A stretch of 63,689 bases of DNA from contig MQRK01217413.1 in NCBI GenBank assembly GCA_001938485.1, positions 5,043-68,731 of the forward strand, read 5' to 3'. Under the pieces are notes generated by a model. The model was given only the letters and a program-made list of their open reading frames with translations, did not search any database and was not told the DNA's origin. The position numbers were made by a program, and so were the translations under genes. This document shows positions 39,581 through 52,500 of the stretch, in pieces (within the stretch, counting starts at the first letter, position 1; each line of letters begins with the position of its first letter). This DNA is from Girardia tigrina. Taxonomy: Eukaryota.

Positions 39581-41956
39581 CTGGTGAGCATAATTTTTAA
39601 AACACCTCTAATTTTAGAAATATGAGGATTTCATATTGTTTTATGGTTTATAATATTATTTAGAAGAATGGTAGTATTATAAAATGCGAAAATGAGTAGC
39701 TCGATATTTAAATAAATAATACTGGGTGCAGTGAAAATTGAAAAATACCTGAAATTCAAAAAGAGCACAATTTTTAAAACACCATGTATTTACCATTAAA
39801 ACATCATTTATTGTACAAAGTGTAGTGTATCACTCATATTTTTTTGGCAGGTGAAGCTTGTATGATTTTTTTTACTTATTTGCTTTCGTTAGTGTGCAGA
39901 GCTCTGTTTTTTTATTTTTTGTACATGACGTTTTTTTTTACTTTATTTGTTTTGACTAGTATGCGTTATTTATTTTTTTTATTAGAGTTGGATTTTTTTG
40001 TTTGCTTTTTGTTTTTTTTATTTTCACGGTCACCGATGATATTTTCTTAGGTAATAAACGATAAATGTTATTGCCTATGACAATAATTTGAAATTAAAAA
40101 AACGATCAATAATTAAATTGATTTAAAGAAAAGAAATATAGCTTGTTGGCAATCAAATTTCAAATTACGAATACAATTGGAATTAAAATTGCGGTGGTCA
40201 AAATACTGTGGTCAACCTTCGCAATTATTTGAGTACTTCCAAGTAACTTTGGACCAACAGAAATTAACTTTTGCTCGAGACCAAATTTTTGTCGACGAAT
40301 CAATCTTTCGGTCGATCCTCATTCGGCACCTGAGTACGTTCAAATCGTCAAGTTTAACTCTTCGAGTTCACTGACAGTGACTGTCCGTTCATCGCCATTC
40401 TTATCAGTGACACGATCGTTCGACTTATCTAGATAACATTATTGCCTCGTCACTACTGGTCAGCCGTCTAACGATTCAAATTCCAAGTGTCGAGTATTAT
40501 TAATTTTACCTTATATATATCTCTGTGATATCTATTCTTTCACCCAATCGACTATCCTAAACTGTGATTTAATAGTCTCTGTACTATACCTTTTTGTCCG
40601 ATTGATTAATAGCATTGTTCAATTATAATATTTGTTCGAATAATTGTATTTCTTTTTATTTCTCCTATTTTTATATACGAGGTTACGTAGACGGGTTATT
40701 GGCAATCTTTGACCTACTAGCTCGTTTCCGTAAAACAAAGCACCTCTTTTGTATAAAACTGTACATAAACGTCCTCTAACTGATTTATATAAATCTAACA
40801 CCTTTTGACGTTGGCATCGATTTATTTCATCAATAACATTTTTCAGTTTTTCTCTCAATTTAACTGTATTGATGAATTAAGGACCACCATAAACTTGATC
40901 TGATATTAATTTTCAAATGTCCTCGACAATATTTAGGTCGGGACTCTTAGCTGGCCAATCTAAAATTTGGATTGAGCTGCTCTTCATAAATTCTTTTACT
41001 TTGTAGGACTTATGAACTGAGGAATTGTCTTCCTGTAGCCAAAAATCATCGCCGAAATTCAATTTCAAAATTGGCACAACATTATTTTGCAACATATTTA
41101 TGTAAGCATTTGAGTTAAATTTACCACTAATGACTTTATAGGACAATAAACCGTTTGGTAAAGTCATAAGCCAAACCATTATGCTTTCTCCTCCACATTG
41201 CCTTCTCTGTCTATGTGTTTCTTCGTCTAAATTGAATCGTCACTGAATATCGTTTTCTCCCAAGGGTGATTTTGACGGATCCAATTATTTATCATTTCCA
41301 CACGTTTTTCTTTATGCTTTTTGGTTAAATAAATTTTTGTTGATACCTTTTTATACTTGAAACCAATTCTTTTCATGTGCCGTTGAATTGTCCAAAAGGA
41401 AACATTTAGATCACATTCATTTTTTAATTTTGTTGAATTTAGCCTTTCGCCGTTATTTTTTAATTGGCTAATTTTTCGTTTAATAAGTACTTTACTTCTT
41501 TTATTAATAATAAATTTTCGTCCACGTTTCTTAGGCATTACTTTATTATCATAATAACATAAATTAATTGCAGAATTCCTTGAAATTTTCAAGCCTTTGG
41601 CTATTTCTGCATAAATTAATCCTTCATATTTCCAAGCTCTAGCTAAACTTTTCTCTTCAATTGATCTCATAAATTTTCTAAAATAAATTTATGCCATATA
41701 ATAATAAATAAAATAATATAAACAATTAATTAAATAAACTATCATTACAAAATTTTAAAAAATATGCTCATTTATAAAAAGCGCCATTTCATATTAACTT
41801 GATTGTATTATTTTAACAAGGATTATTAAAATATTACACACTTGACTTTAAATATTACAAATAAATAATATTATTAATACCATAATTACGCGATTAACGG
41901 CATGTGTCCTTTGAAGTTACCAAAATGGCATGTGTTTTAAAAATTATGCTCAGCAG
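39581..41956 (-). mobile_element. Tc1 (DD34E) transposon inserted in a TA tract, interrupted by a solo LTR
   Basis: 25-bp TIRs CTG(G/C)TGAGCATAATTTTTAAAACAC. Motifs IFSD, QEDNSSVH and WPAKSPDLNIVE with 34-residue spacing. Confidence 0.92.
39821..40737 (+). mobile_element. Solo LTR (TGTAGTG-start) inside the Tc1 C-terminus
   Basis: CAAAG-type duplication at both ends. Removal restores the transposase end KRGALYNK*. Confidence 0.75.
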
Positions 41957-42703
41957 TATATATAATGAAATATATAACCTATATTTTAATTTTACAACTA
42001 GTAGAGAATAACGTTGATAATTTTTTATATAACATTTTTCAAATTAAGTTTTATTTTTACTGCGTTTTATATACATTCGCTCAGTTTGTCTGTTATTTAG
42101 AAATAAATGTGATAAAACTAAAAATAAAGATACGAGTAAATTTTTATTTGCCAAATTACACTGGATTAGCCACTCGCGCCAATAATCGTTTATTCAAAAA
42201 ACAATGTCATTACTCATTAATTTCGTTATCATACGCCCCCGTGATCTCATCATCACATGTTAAATAACCGCCAAACCACATGAGCGGTCTTCGGCTCCTC
42301 AGTGGATGACCCAGTAAGGCAGGATTTCTCGACCCGTCCGGGTGCCGTCGACCGACATCTCTTCGTCCAAAGTCACCAAATCATCATCCCGCTCTGAGGC
42401 ATCTCCAATCTCTGTAAGTCGTCGCTCCGGTGACACACACCTCAAGTCTGGAATATGCCTTGGAATACCGTCTACGTCAACCGACGTTCCGGAGTTAACT
42501 CGTGACAGAAATCCTCTCTGCCATCAAGCTGTACACCGTGCCCCACCGGGCTTCACATAAACCTGCTCACCAATCTTGAACTCACTCTCATCATAACATC
42601 CTTTTTCCGACTTAACCATCGGGAATCGTCAATCGTACCGATAAGTTCCATTACTGGGAGCTGACTCGCCATCCGTCCCGTTTTTTGGTGTTATGTTATA
42701 GTA

Positions 42704-43251
42704 CAGTGCTGCCCAACTTTTGTGTACGTAAGATCGACTTTTTTTCTTAAAAATGTGTCGCGATCGACTTGTTGTCATAGTTGTAGTTTAAGGGGAGATT
42801 GGGAAGTTAGAAATATATACTATGTTTTTACATTATGGTATAATACAAGATACACCATCTATTGTTTGCGTATAATCGAGGCGCCAAAGCCGCAGACGCT
42901 GTCCGAGAGCTTTGTGCTGTATACGGAGAAGGTGCTATAGCTGATAGAACCGCTCATGATTGGTTCGCAAAATTTAAAATTGGCAATTTTGACCTCAAGG
43001 ATGCACCTCGTTCAGGACGACCAAATGAATTTGATGAAGAGCGTTTGAACAAACTTTTGCAAAGTAAACTAAAAAACGAAGAAGTATAGTGATTGCTTAA
43101 TTTTTTTTTAATATTTGTGTTTACAAAAAAAAATTTTTACAAATTTTTTTTACAAACATTATTTTTTCATTTTCAGTCTTTAGTAGAAGATCGACCCAAA
43201 GTCGTGTCGCGATCGACTCGTAGATCGCGATCGCCTGGTTGGGCAGCACTT
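42704..43251 (+). mobile_element. hAT MITE containing a mariner N-terminal HTH fragment
   Basis: TIR CAGTGCTGCCCAAC, 8-bp duplication TTATAGTA and subterminal TCGCGATCGAC motifs. ORF 42862-43089 reads WFAKFKIGNFDLKDAPRSGRP. Confidence 0.88.
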
Positions 43252-44152
43252 TTATAGTAGAACACCATATCCCGCACATCACCTTTAGTCCTTGCTGCCA
43301 TTCTCTTTATCGTCCGATGGTTCCTCTCAACGATACCGTTCCCGGATAGTCTTTAAGCACAGCGGTACCTAACTACGACATTCCACGTGCTGCATAGTTG
43401 TTGCAATTTATCCAATCGGAAACACTTACCATTGTCGCATAATAGTTCATTCGGCGGACCCCTTTCTCTGAATATTTCGGCCAAAAGTTCCGTCACCCAG
43501 TCAGCACTCTCGTTCTTCCCCCTTTTTCAAATTGCAAAATGACTTTGACCGCAGTCTCCATACGTGAAATAAATTGCGCCTCCGTAATGTGTTATATCAC
43601 ATGCGAGTCATTCCCAGTTTTTCGACACTCCTAATCCACCTTTATTCCATTGTATTGGGCTTGAATCTATCGACAAGCAACGATCACATTCTTTCACCAC
43701 CTTTTCTACTATCCCTTCATCTACAATTCCGTAAATTTTGTGAACTGAAAAAACTGTTCTATTAACGCCGCAGTGTGAACTACATGAACTGCTTTTACGT
43801 CATCGAGAGTTGGTGAGATTTCGTGATCAACTGTCAGTAAGCATCTTTGGGACTCTTTCCAACATTTTGACGGAACTCTGGTCAAAGCATCGGATTTATT
43901 TTCAGCTAATTTTACCAATGAAATTGTTACATCCACACCGCATTCTTGCACCAGTTCCTCCAGCAAGAACAACCGNCCGCCGCTTCACTAACACTTAAGA
44001 TAATCCGTGCACTTGAACCCGTCTATCTCCTACAATAAATGACCTTACCCACGAACAAACCGTTGCTGAGTTTCATAAAATTTTAATCTCTCTTAGATCT
44101 CATACCATTGCCATGTTCAATTCATTCAGTACTGCCTCCAATTCAGCCAGAT

Positions 44153-44215
44153 GGTACGCTGACTTTACCGCGGGTGACTTTACAGCGGGCGACTTTACCA
44201 CGGAAAATTTACAAC
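44153..44215 (+). repeat. 15-bp-period array, probable DNA transposon terminus
   Basis: GACTTTACCGCGGGT x3 (imperfect). Confidence 0.65.
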
Positions 44216-44297
44216 AAAATTGTCAAAAAGTAAACAAGTTGCTCTGCCAGTTTTGCACGTAGCTAAAACTTCCCTAATAAGTCCTATTAGTGGTTCT

Positions 44298-46034
44298 TGG
44301 AACATCGTCGGAATTATTAGTAGTAGACATTAAAACTTTTATTATACCACAAAAAATGTTTAAATCTAATATTTAAACAAATTTATTTTTTTGAGAAACT
44401 ATTTGTTTTATAAATCATAAACCGATATAGATAAAAATACGTATAAATATTCTAATTTGATTTTTTTTATTACTTCTATAATCACTTTTAAATTAAGATA
44501 ACACTTTAAAATATTTAATCGTTTCATTTAATTTTATTACTTTTTTAAAATCGTTTCACATAAAAATTATACACTTTTTTTAATTTTTATATTATATTAA
44601 AACTCTCAAAAATTTTTATTAGCAATTTAATTGATCTTCTTAATTTTAGAAATTTTATTTTTTCGAATGTTACATACAGTGCGTTCCAAAAGTCTGTTCA
44701 CACCCATAAAAATCATCACTTATACAAATTTCCTAAGTAAAAAGACGATGAAGTGGAAGTAAATATTATATTTACAAATAAAAATGTTATTTTTAATATT
44801 TTGTGTGGTATCCTTTCATCTTGATGATTGAAGACACCCTTCGCGGCATCGAATCGACAAGTCGTCGACAGAAAGAACTTGGTATGTTGTACCATAACTT
44901 TTGTATTTCTATCCACATTTTCTCTGAATTCAAAGTATCCATATTATTTATTTTTCTCTTTATAATACCCCACAAATTCTCAATNNNNNNNNNNNNNNNN
45001 NNNNNNNNNNNNNNNNNNNNNNNNNNNNNNNNNNNNNNNNNNNNNNNNNNNNNNNNNNNNNNNNNNNNNNNNNNNNNNNNNNNNNNNNNNNNNNNNNNNN
45101 NNNNNNNNNNNNNNNNNNNNNNNNNNNNNNNNNNNNNNNNNNNNNNNNNNNNNNNNNNNNNNNNNNNNNNNNNNNNNNNNNNNNNNNNNNNNNNNNNNNN
45201 NNNNNNNNNNNNNNNNNNNNNNNNNNNNNNNNNNNNNNNNNNNNNNNNNNNNNNNNNNNNNNNNNNNNNNNNNNNNNNNNNNNNNNNNNNNNNNNNNNNN
45301 NNNNNNNNNNNNNNNNNNNNNNNNNNNNNNNNNNNNNNNNTTTGTTTATCCCGAGCCCATTCAACTCTTCTTTTTCGTTGCTTTCCATTCAATAAAGGCT
45401 TGCAAACAGCATAATGACTTTTTAAGCCGTACTTTATCAAAATTCTATTCACTATACTTTGTGATGCATGTATCATTCCAGCTGCATTGAAAGCTCCTGT
45501 TATTTTACTTATCGACATGCACATATTTTTTCAAGCATATACAGCGAATAATTCTTTCAGAACGTTTTGGTAATTTTGAAGGTCGTCCACTACGTTTTTT
45601 ATCTTCATATGTACCTAATGTCTTGAACTTATGTACAATTTTTGAATGCCCCGCTTTGAAACAATAATACCATGTATAACCTTCATAATTTCTTGTATCC
45701 GACCCCTTGAATGACCCTCGTTCATTAATTCAACAATAATAATCCTAAACCTTATATCTATATTTCGAGTTGTCATTGAATCTAAATGATAGACATTTAA
45801 TTAATTCATCTTAAAAAAGATGGTCTTGATATTTCAATTTTAAATTTACTAAAATTATTTAAATTAAAGCATTTAAACAAATTAAAAAATTTAATAAATA
45901 GCATAAATCAAAATTTCAATGGGTGCGAACAGACTTTTGGAACGCACTGTATTTAATTATATAAAAATTTTAATTTGTACATATTTAATATAACCTTCTT
46001 TCAAAAATTTTCCTAATATTTTTAATTCCTAAGA
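44298..46034 (-). mobile_element. Second copy of the Gypsy A LTR, split by Tc1
   Basis: Colinear with 1637-2117 on both sides of the Tc1 insertion. Confidence 0.85.
44677..45949 (-). mobile_element. Tc1 transposon (assembly gap in the catalytic domain)
   Basis: TIR CAGTGCGTTCCAAAAGTCTGTTC with TA duplication. Motifs RSGRPSK, KPLLN and IENLWGIIK...LVDSMPRRV...KGYHTKY. Confidence 0.93.
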
Positions 46035-46753
46035 AGTCCGACACATCCTGGCTGTTGACCTTGTTCAAATCTATCACGATATCGTCTACATATGAGTCGG
46101 TAGCCTCTCTAATTTTCGGATCACTGGACAACACGAACTTAACCACTGCAGACATTATCTTTGGTGCTACATTCAACCCGAAACAAAGTCGCGTTAACGC
46201 ATACACTTTCCCTTTATAACGCACGACCTGGTATTTCCACAACTCTCGGGACACGTGCAACTGCAAATACGTCTTTTTGTGCATTGGTCATCCAGATGCG
46301 TCTCGTCACCACAAACAAAACAGGCTCGTTTTGGCACCCCACAATATCTATATATGCGTTAATGATTATATATGCGCAATGTTTTGTAGCAGTATTTTCA
46401 CAAAGAGAAAATCGCCGTGCAAGTTCATAATAATATATGTTTTGTATATGGTAGTTGTCTGAAAGATGCACCCCAGTCTAGTTGACGAGTTGAAGTTAAT
46501 TGAGTCAAAATAACAGACCTGATAGAATCTATTTCACATTAGACGACTAAAGAAATCGAAGAGACCCTTAAATATCCAAATTGAGTGTTGAAAATCAGCT
46601 CAACATTCTTTTCCCACATGAATTGAATGAAATGCTTGTGGTGAATTGCATAGATATTTGTAATTAATATGAGGAACAAGAACACAACAATCCATTTTTG
46701 AAATGTATAATTACTCGTGTCGCAAAATGGATTTTGTACCACAATATTATTAT

Positions 46754-46759
<6 letters not shown>

Positions 46760-46795
<36 letters not shown>

Positions 46796-46845
46796 NNNNN
46801 NNNNNNNNNNNNNNNNNNNNNNNNNNNNNNNNNNNNNNNNNNNNN

Positions 46846-46895
<50 letters not shown>
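46760..46895. repeat. (TA)n/(TG)n microsatellite with gap
   Basis: Direct reading. Confidence 0.95.
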
Positions 46896-47478
46896 AAGAT
46901 GTGAAAAAATTAGTTGTTTATATAATATAAAAAACTATGGTATTCTGAAAATAAGTTTTATTCATTGATTAACAGATTATGTATTATCTGTAAAAAATCA
47001 TGGTCTCAAGAGCAGGATTTCATGAAAATTTTCTTCTTTGATATATCAAAATCAGACAGAAACTATTTTCAGAAACGATCTCGACATGGCAGAGCATATC
47101 ACATAATTTGGTGAATTCTTGAACTTTTTTCGTAAAATTAAAATTTCTGAAGAGAGAAAAATTGCATTTTTCAAATATTTGTATCAAAAATCGATCATCG
47201 GAGCTCCATTATCGCGGAAATTGAGGAAGAAAAGAAAACGATCAATTTTACACAATATTAAAGAAATCTTTCGAAAAAATACCTCATCTATGGAGATAAG
47301 TGTACAACCTTTAATTAAGGTAATTAATTCTTTTTAAAAGTGAATTTGAATTACATCAGTAGGTTTGCGTGATGACAAGGATCAGATGGTTACCCAATTA
47401 TTCGTTAAATGCTTGCAAAACTAATATTTTCAAAATATTTTATGTAAAAATGTTTTATTGCCATTTTTGTATTCTATG

Positions 47479-47516
<38 letters not shown>

Positions 47517-47535
47517 CAATCTATTTCCGAACAAG

Positions 47536-49255
47536 TACGTTTTTTGGTGTCAGAAAGAAATAATAAAAGTATACTTTTTTTATTTTATCGGAGTTTTTTT
47601 CAAAGGTTTTTAAGTTCCTTTTTTAATACTTTTAGATTACATATGCTCATTCAAAACTATCTACAATGAACATGTGTTTTATTAAAATGTTTATTTTATT
47701 ATGCATAAATAATTAACCTTTTAAAAACGGTCAGATGTTTTTTATCCAAAATTTATTACAACAAATTTGTCAAAAAAACATAAGTGTTTTAATAACAGTG
47801 TTATTTTTTTCTCTTTTTAAGCTAGCATCTCTTGGTATTAATCTGGATCTACCTACTTTTTCTTTAAGTCTTATATATTCACATCAATAATTTTACCATT
47901 TTCATAAAAAACAGATAGTTATATATATATGAAAACACTTTGTTCTTACCAAATAATTACAGGAACAATAAATATCTTTCCATGATTTAATAAACATTTT
48001 CCTTGTGATATACACAAGAGATTTGTAGTAAAAAATACAAATTGAAATCCTATTGAAATTGAAATCCCTATTGAAATCTATTGAAATCCCCATGAAACTG
48101 TAAATAAACATCTTTGCTATTTTCTTCCTCTGTTATGTAACATGTAATAACCTCTTCTGTTTCATAACACCTAATCAATTTAAACTTGAGCATTGAATCC
48201 AAAATTAACTCTGAATTATTATATACGATATTTTCTAAATTAACATACTAGCAAAATTGATCATTATCTAAAAACAACCTTTCCTAATTAGTATATTTAT
48301 GTTTAATTAACAAATTAAACCTTTCAATCGCATTGTTTGTAGAATGAGAAAATACATCATAAGATTCATCCCAGTTTCCATGGTTAGAAATGTAGTTATT
48401 AAAAAATATTAAATGGTTTATCATCAATTGTAAACTTATTATCAAATACATTTCTATGATTTCATCTCTTGAAAAATCATTATTGTCAGTCACAAAATTT
48501 TTCTTATACCTGCATTTGGTACTTGATATTGTACGTATAGGCATAATAATGTGTTCGGATATCAAAACCCTTTGTATCAACTGTGATCTTATGATACATG
48601 AGTCACATAATGCCCGTACCCTATCTTTTAATTCTTTATTGATCCGGTTGTTCGATACATCATGTTCGTCATGTGAACATCCAATTATATGATCAACATT
48701 GTTGCTAATGGAGATATATTCTCTCTGTTCATTGTGAAATCCATTCGCAAATCGGCCTGACGGTTTTTAACACTTTTGTTTTTACAATAATAATAAACAG
48801 TAACGTTTTCCAATGAGGTATACGTATTCCTTATTCTCCAATTATCAACATTACAAACAGTTATTTTCATCCATTATTTGCCAATTTAATACATAGCCAA
48901 TAAAATATTAAAATTTGTTATATTTTAAACTTTTTTTAATTTTTGATTTTGTAATAAATTTTGAATTTAGTAATAAATTTTGGATAATAACATTTAAGCC
49001 TTTTAAAAACACGTATTATGATCCTTTTATTGATATTCTTAAATTGAATATTACTTTATTACGTGAAAAATTTTCCTTCCTGTTATTTAAAATGAAGTAA
49101 ATCAAACTTGCGTCCCATAGAATTTATATTATTTAAACAAAAAACTTTATTTAACATTTAATTTCATGTTTATATAGAAATGTTTATACTTTCTGTCCAC
49201 ATAGATAGTCCGATTGCTAACGATTTAATGATTTTTTTACGACACCAAAAATGTA
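47536..49255 (-). mobile_element. Degraded MULE-like transposon with SWIM-like finger
   Basis: Inverted ends TTTTTGGTGTC/GACACCAAAAA. Motifs STNNAIERFN and CSCNY....CFH. Confidence 0.7.
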
Positions 49256-49541
49256 ATCATTTTAATTTAATTTTTTTATAATTTGATAAAATTAATATTA
49301 TTAAAAACACATTTTATTTTTTAACAAAACAAAATTGAACACTACATTGACTTCTGACTTGAAATATTTTAGAAATGTAATAAATTATATATAATAAAAA
49401 TATTAAATAATATTATATATAATACTTTAATTAAAATTATGTCAGTAAAGTTAATGCAAGCTTGATTGTTTAAATTTAGTAAAATAAATCGGTGACATTA
49501 ATATCGAAATTTAACATTTCAATAACGAATTATTTTTACAA

Positions 49542-52500
49542 ATGTTCGCTTTTCTAACATTATTTATTTTGGGGACCTCCTTTACAAATTGTTTTCCGAA
49601 TTATAAGATTCATTCTGTGAATAAAAATGAAGGTCGATCGGAAATTTCCATTGGTGTTATAAAAAATGGCTCTAATTACAAATTTGTTTTACATAAACGT
49701 AATTTATTTAGCGATATTTTATTTTTATATTTTTTTCCTTTTAGACAAATTACGCAGCAATGTTATCGCATCAGCTACGTTCCTTGATCAGATCAACTCC
49801 ACAGGGTAAGGGGATATGGTGGATACATTATTCTGAATTGTTTTTTTGACAATTATATTCTGGATGTTTATATTCAATACTATCTAAATACCATTTTGAG
49901 AAATGATATCCTTAGATTAATATAGAAAAACATAATTTATTTCATTATAGTTTATGTTTACATCAAACGAAATTATTTGTTCATCGATATTAAAATTGTA
50001 CCAGAATTTTGTCACATAACATTCTTCAGACTTTGACATTTAGTTTTAATTTTGATTATATCACTTTCAATTAAAATAAATTTTTCATATATTTACTAAA
50101 ATTGAAAACATTTTTACTTTGAGACTTCATTGACGAGGAAGGTAAAGAATTTGTGAGTTTGTAAAGGAAATATTTAAATTATTTTGGGATTTCTGTAAAA
50201 ATGAAATGATTGAATCAAACATCTTTGATCAAAAATTATATAAACGTAAAATAACTTTTAGAAAAGGGAGCGTAAAATCATTAAAATCGTTTTTTTTATT
50301 TTGGAACAAAATATCGATGCTCAACAGAATCACTAATTATATAATTATTTTTGAAACATTTTAAAATTTTTCTACTAAACAGAACTTTTGAAGATTGATT
50401 CTTAAATATGAGTTTAAAGGTATTGGTAGAAAATCATTAGAAACTGAGTACATTCAAAGATTGTTTACACATTTTTTAATCAAAAATAAAAAATATTTTA
50501 TAATTATATATTATTAACGCTATGCAATATAATATGAACAAAAAGAATTCATTGCATATGAATTAAAATCAAAATGTCGTCAAAATGTCCCCACAGGCCA
50601 TAAACACAATCCTGACATCGCCAGAAAACTGAATCACAAACAACAGTTCATACTTCTACTCGGATTATCCTAGAAGTTTCTCCTATCGAATGACAAAAAT
50701 CATTGAGTTTAACAAGTCATTGTGTATATACCTTGATTTTTTATGAAGCATTACAAATGAAACTCAAGTGGGGTCAGGTGAGTAGATCTTGATTGATATT
50801 TGTCCTCTTCGTGCCACCCAAGTCCCTGAGAACATGTAATCGAGATATTTTATACTTTAAATTATATATATTATCAATAGATAAATACTCTCATATTACA
50901 AAAATATAAACTTATTTTAATAAATAAATAAATATAAAATAAAATAAATATAAAAGAAATAAATAAATATATATATATACCAGATGGTTACTTGGGACCT
51001 GTACCGTTATTTTGAGCAATTCTTTAATCTGCCAACTTCAAACGGTTGGCCCCAGACAGCCTTATATAAATAAAAATAAATAAATAATTATTATAAAATA
51101 CATTAAATAAAAATTAATTTAAAATAAAAAATTCGATAAACCGTTGGATATGTCATTGGATTTAAAACACGGGAATTAGTTTAAACAATTCTCGTTCTAC
51201 CGGTGAAGATCTTGTCGAAAATACAGGAACCCGTAGATCAGAAATTATAACCTAGCTAGGTCTGAAAACAAATCCGCAAATAACATCCAGGTTATAAGAA
51301 ATTATTCTTTGGTTGCCCAAGAACTCTTGATATCCGAACAATAGAATGATTTCTGAAATTATTTATTTAGTCTAAAGTAATTTGTTTTGCCTTTCAAACA
51401 TTCTGAGTAATTATATAGTGTTTCGAGCTCTTTCATAATTTTTGCTGGCAATTTAATAACACATTTAAATACTATATGTCTTATTCATAAAATATATAAA
51501 TGCACAAGACATTTTTGTAAAAATGAAGTTAAGACTTTTTTATATTTATTTTTTACATATAAACACTTTACATCTCTGAAAAGAAGATGAACATTGGAAC
51601 GATAATTACATAATTGATTATGCAATCGCCATTTAACATATTTAAGCTTAACAGCTTCGATCAGAATCGCCTGATGATGACGGATATTCCGTCGAAATAT
51701 ATTTTTATTTAAAATTGGCGTCTTCTAATATTTATTTATTGCTTTTTATTTCTTTCGTTTGACCCGAGCACCTCAAAAAATGTTTTTCAAAAATTATGAA
51801 ATAGCTCAAAAAACCCTATAATAATCATTGTTTATATATTTTCATTATAATATTTTGAATTATTTATTTTAATTTTATCGTTAAAAATAAGTTCCACAGA
51901 CCACATAATTATTATTGATCTGTTAGATTACTTTTATATTATAATTAATTATTGGGACATTTTCACAAGGGTTTATTCATGCTATCAGAGATTAAAAACG
52001 TTAAGAGTAATTATTATATCCAACAATTTAATTAATGGTTACCTTGTCAGACTAGAACAACTGAAACCTTTATAAATAGAAGAATGAATTAGCACTAAAT
52101 TTGTACGACAGGATGACATTTATTGTCATATTAATATCGACAATGAATACAAATTCTTGAACATCATCGCGATGTATAACTTGTGATTAAAGTATTTGTC
52201 GAAAATGTCTAACTTTCTACTTGACCTTTACGGAAAGTAATGACATGTAAAATTGTATAGAATAATTTCGTTTGGTTACTCAATATCTGATTGAATTCGA
52301 AATAAAATTGAAAATAATTACCAGCAAATCGCTGGAATGAATGTATTAATTTGTTTATTTTAAAGATGTAAGTGATTTCTACAAGTAATCAATTTCTTTG
52401 GTATTATCGACCCTACGACAGATCTACCAGTAGTGTTCATAGTGAATGCGACCCTTTCAATTTTATTCTTGACATTAATTCCAAAACAAATGCCTGACCA

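Larger units (their letters stand above)
42270..46310 (-). mobile_element. Degraded LTR retrotransposon pol (RT, RNase H, integrase) with nested insertions
   Basis: RLCFGLNVAPKI and DSYVDDI (RT), ENKSDALTR (RNase H end), and CDNGKCF and GNGIVERNHRTIK (integrase). Confidence 0.85.

Noticed and set aside
44793-45524. Long ORFs spanning N runs (also 28241-28553 and 46703-46968)
   Set aside because: Their length is an artefact of assembly gaps.
49542-49787. 81-aa single-exon secreted peptide
   Set aside because: It is PLBD2 exon 1 read through a 46-bp intron.
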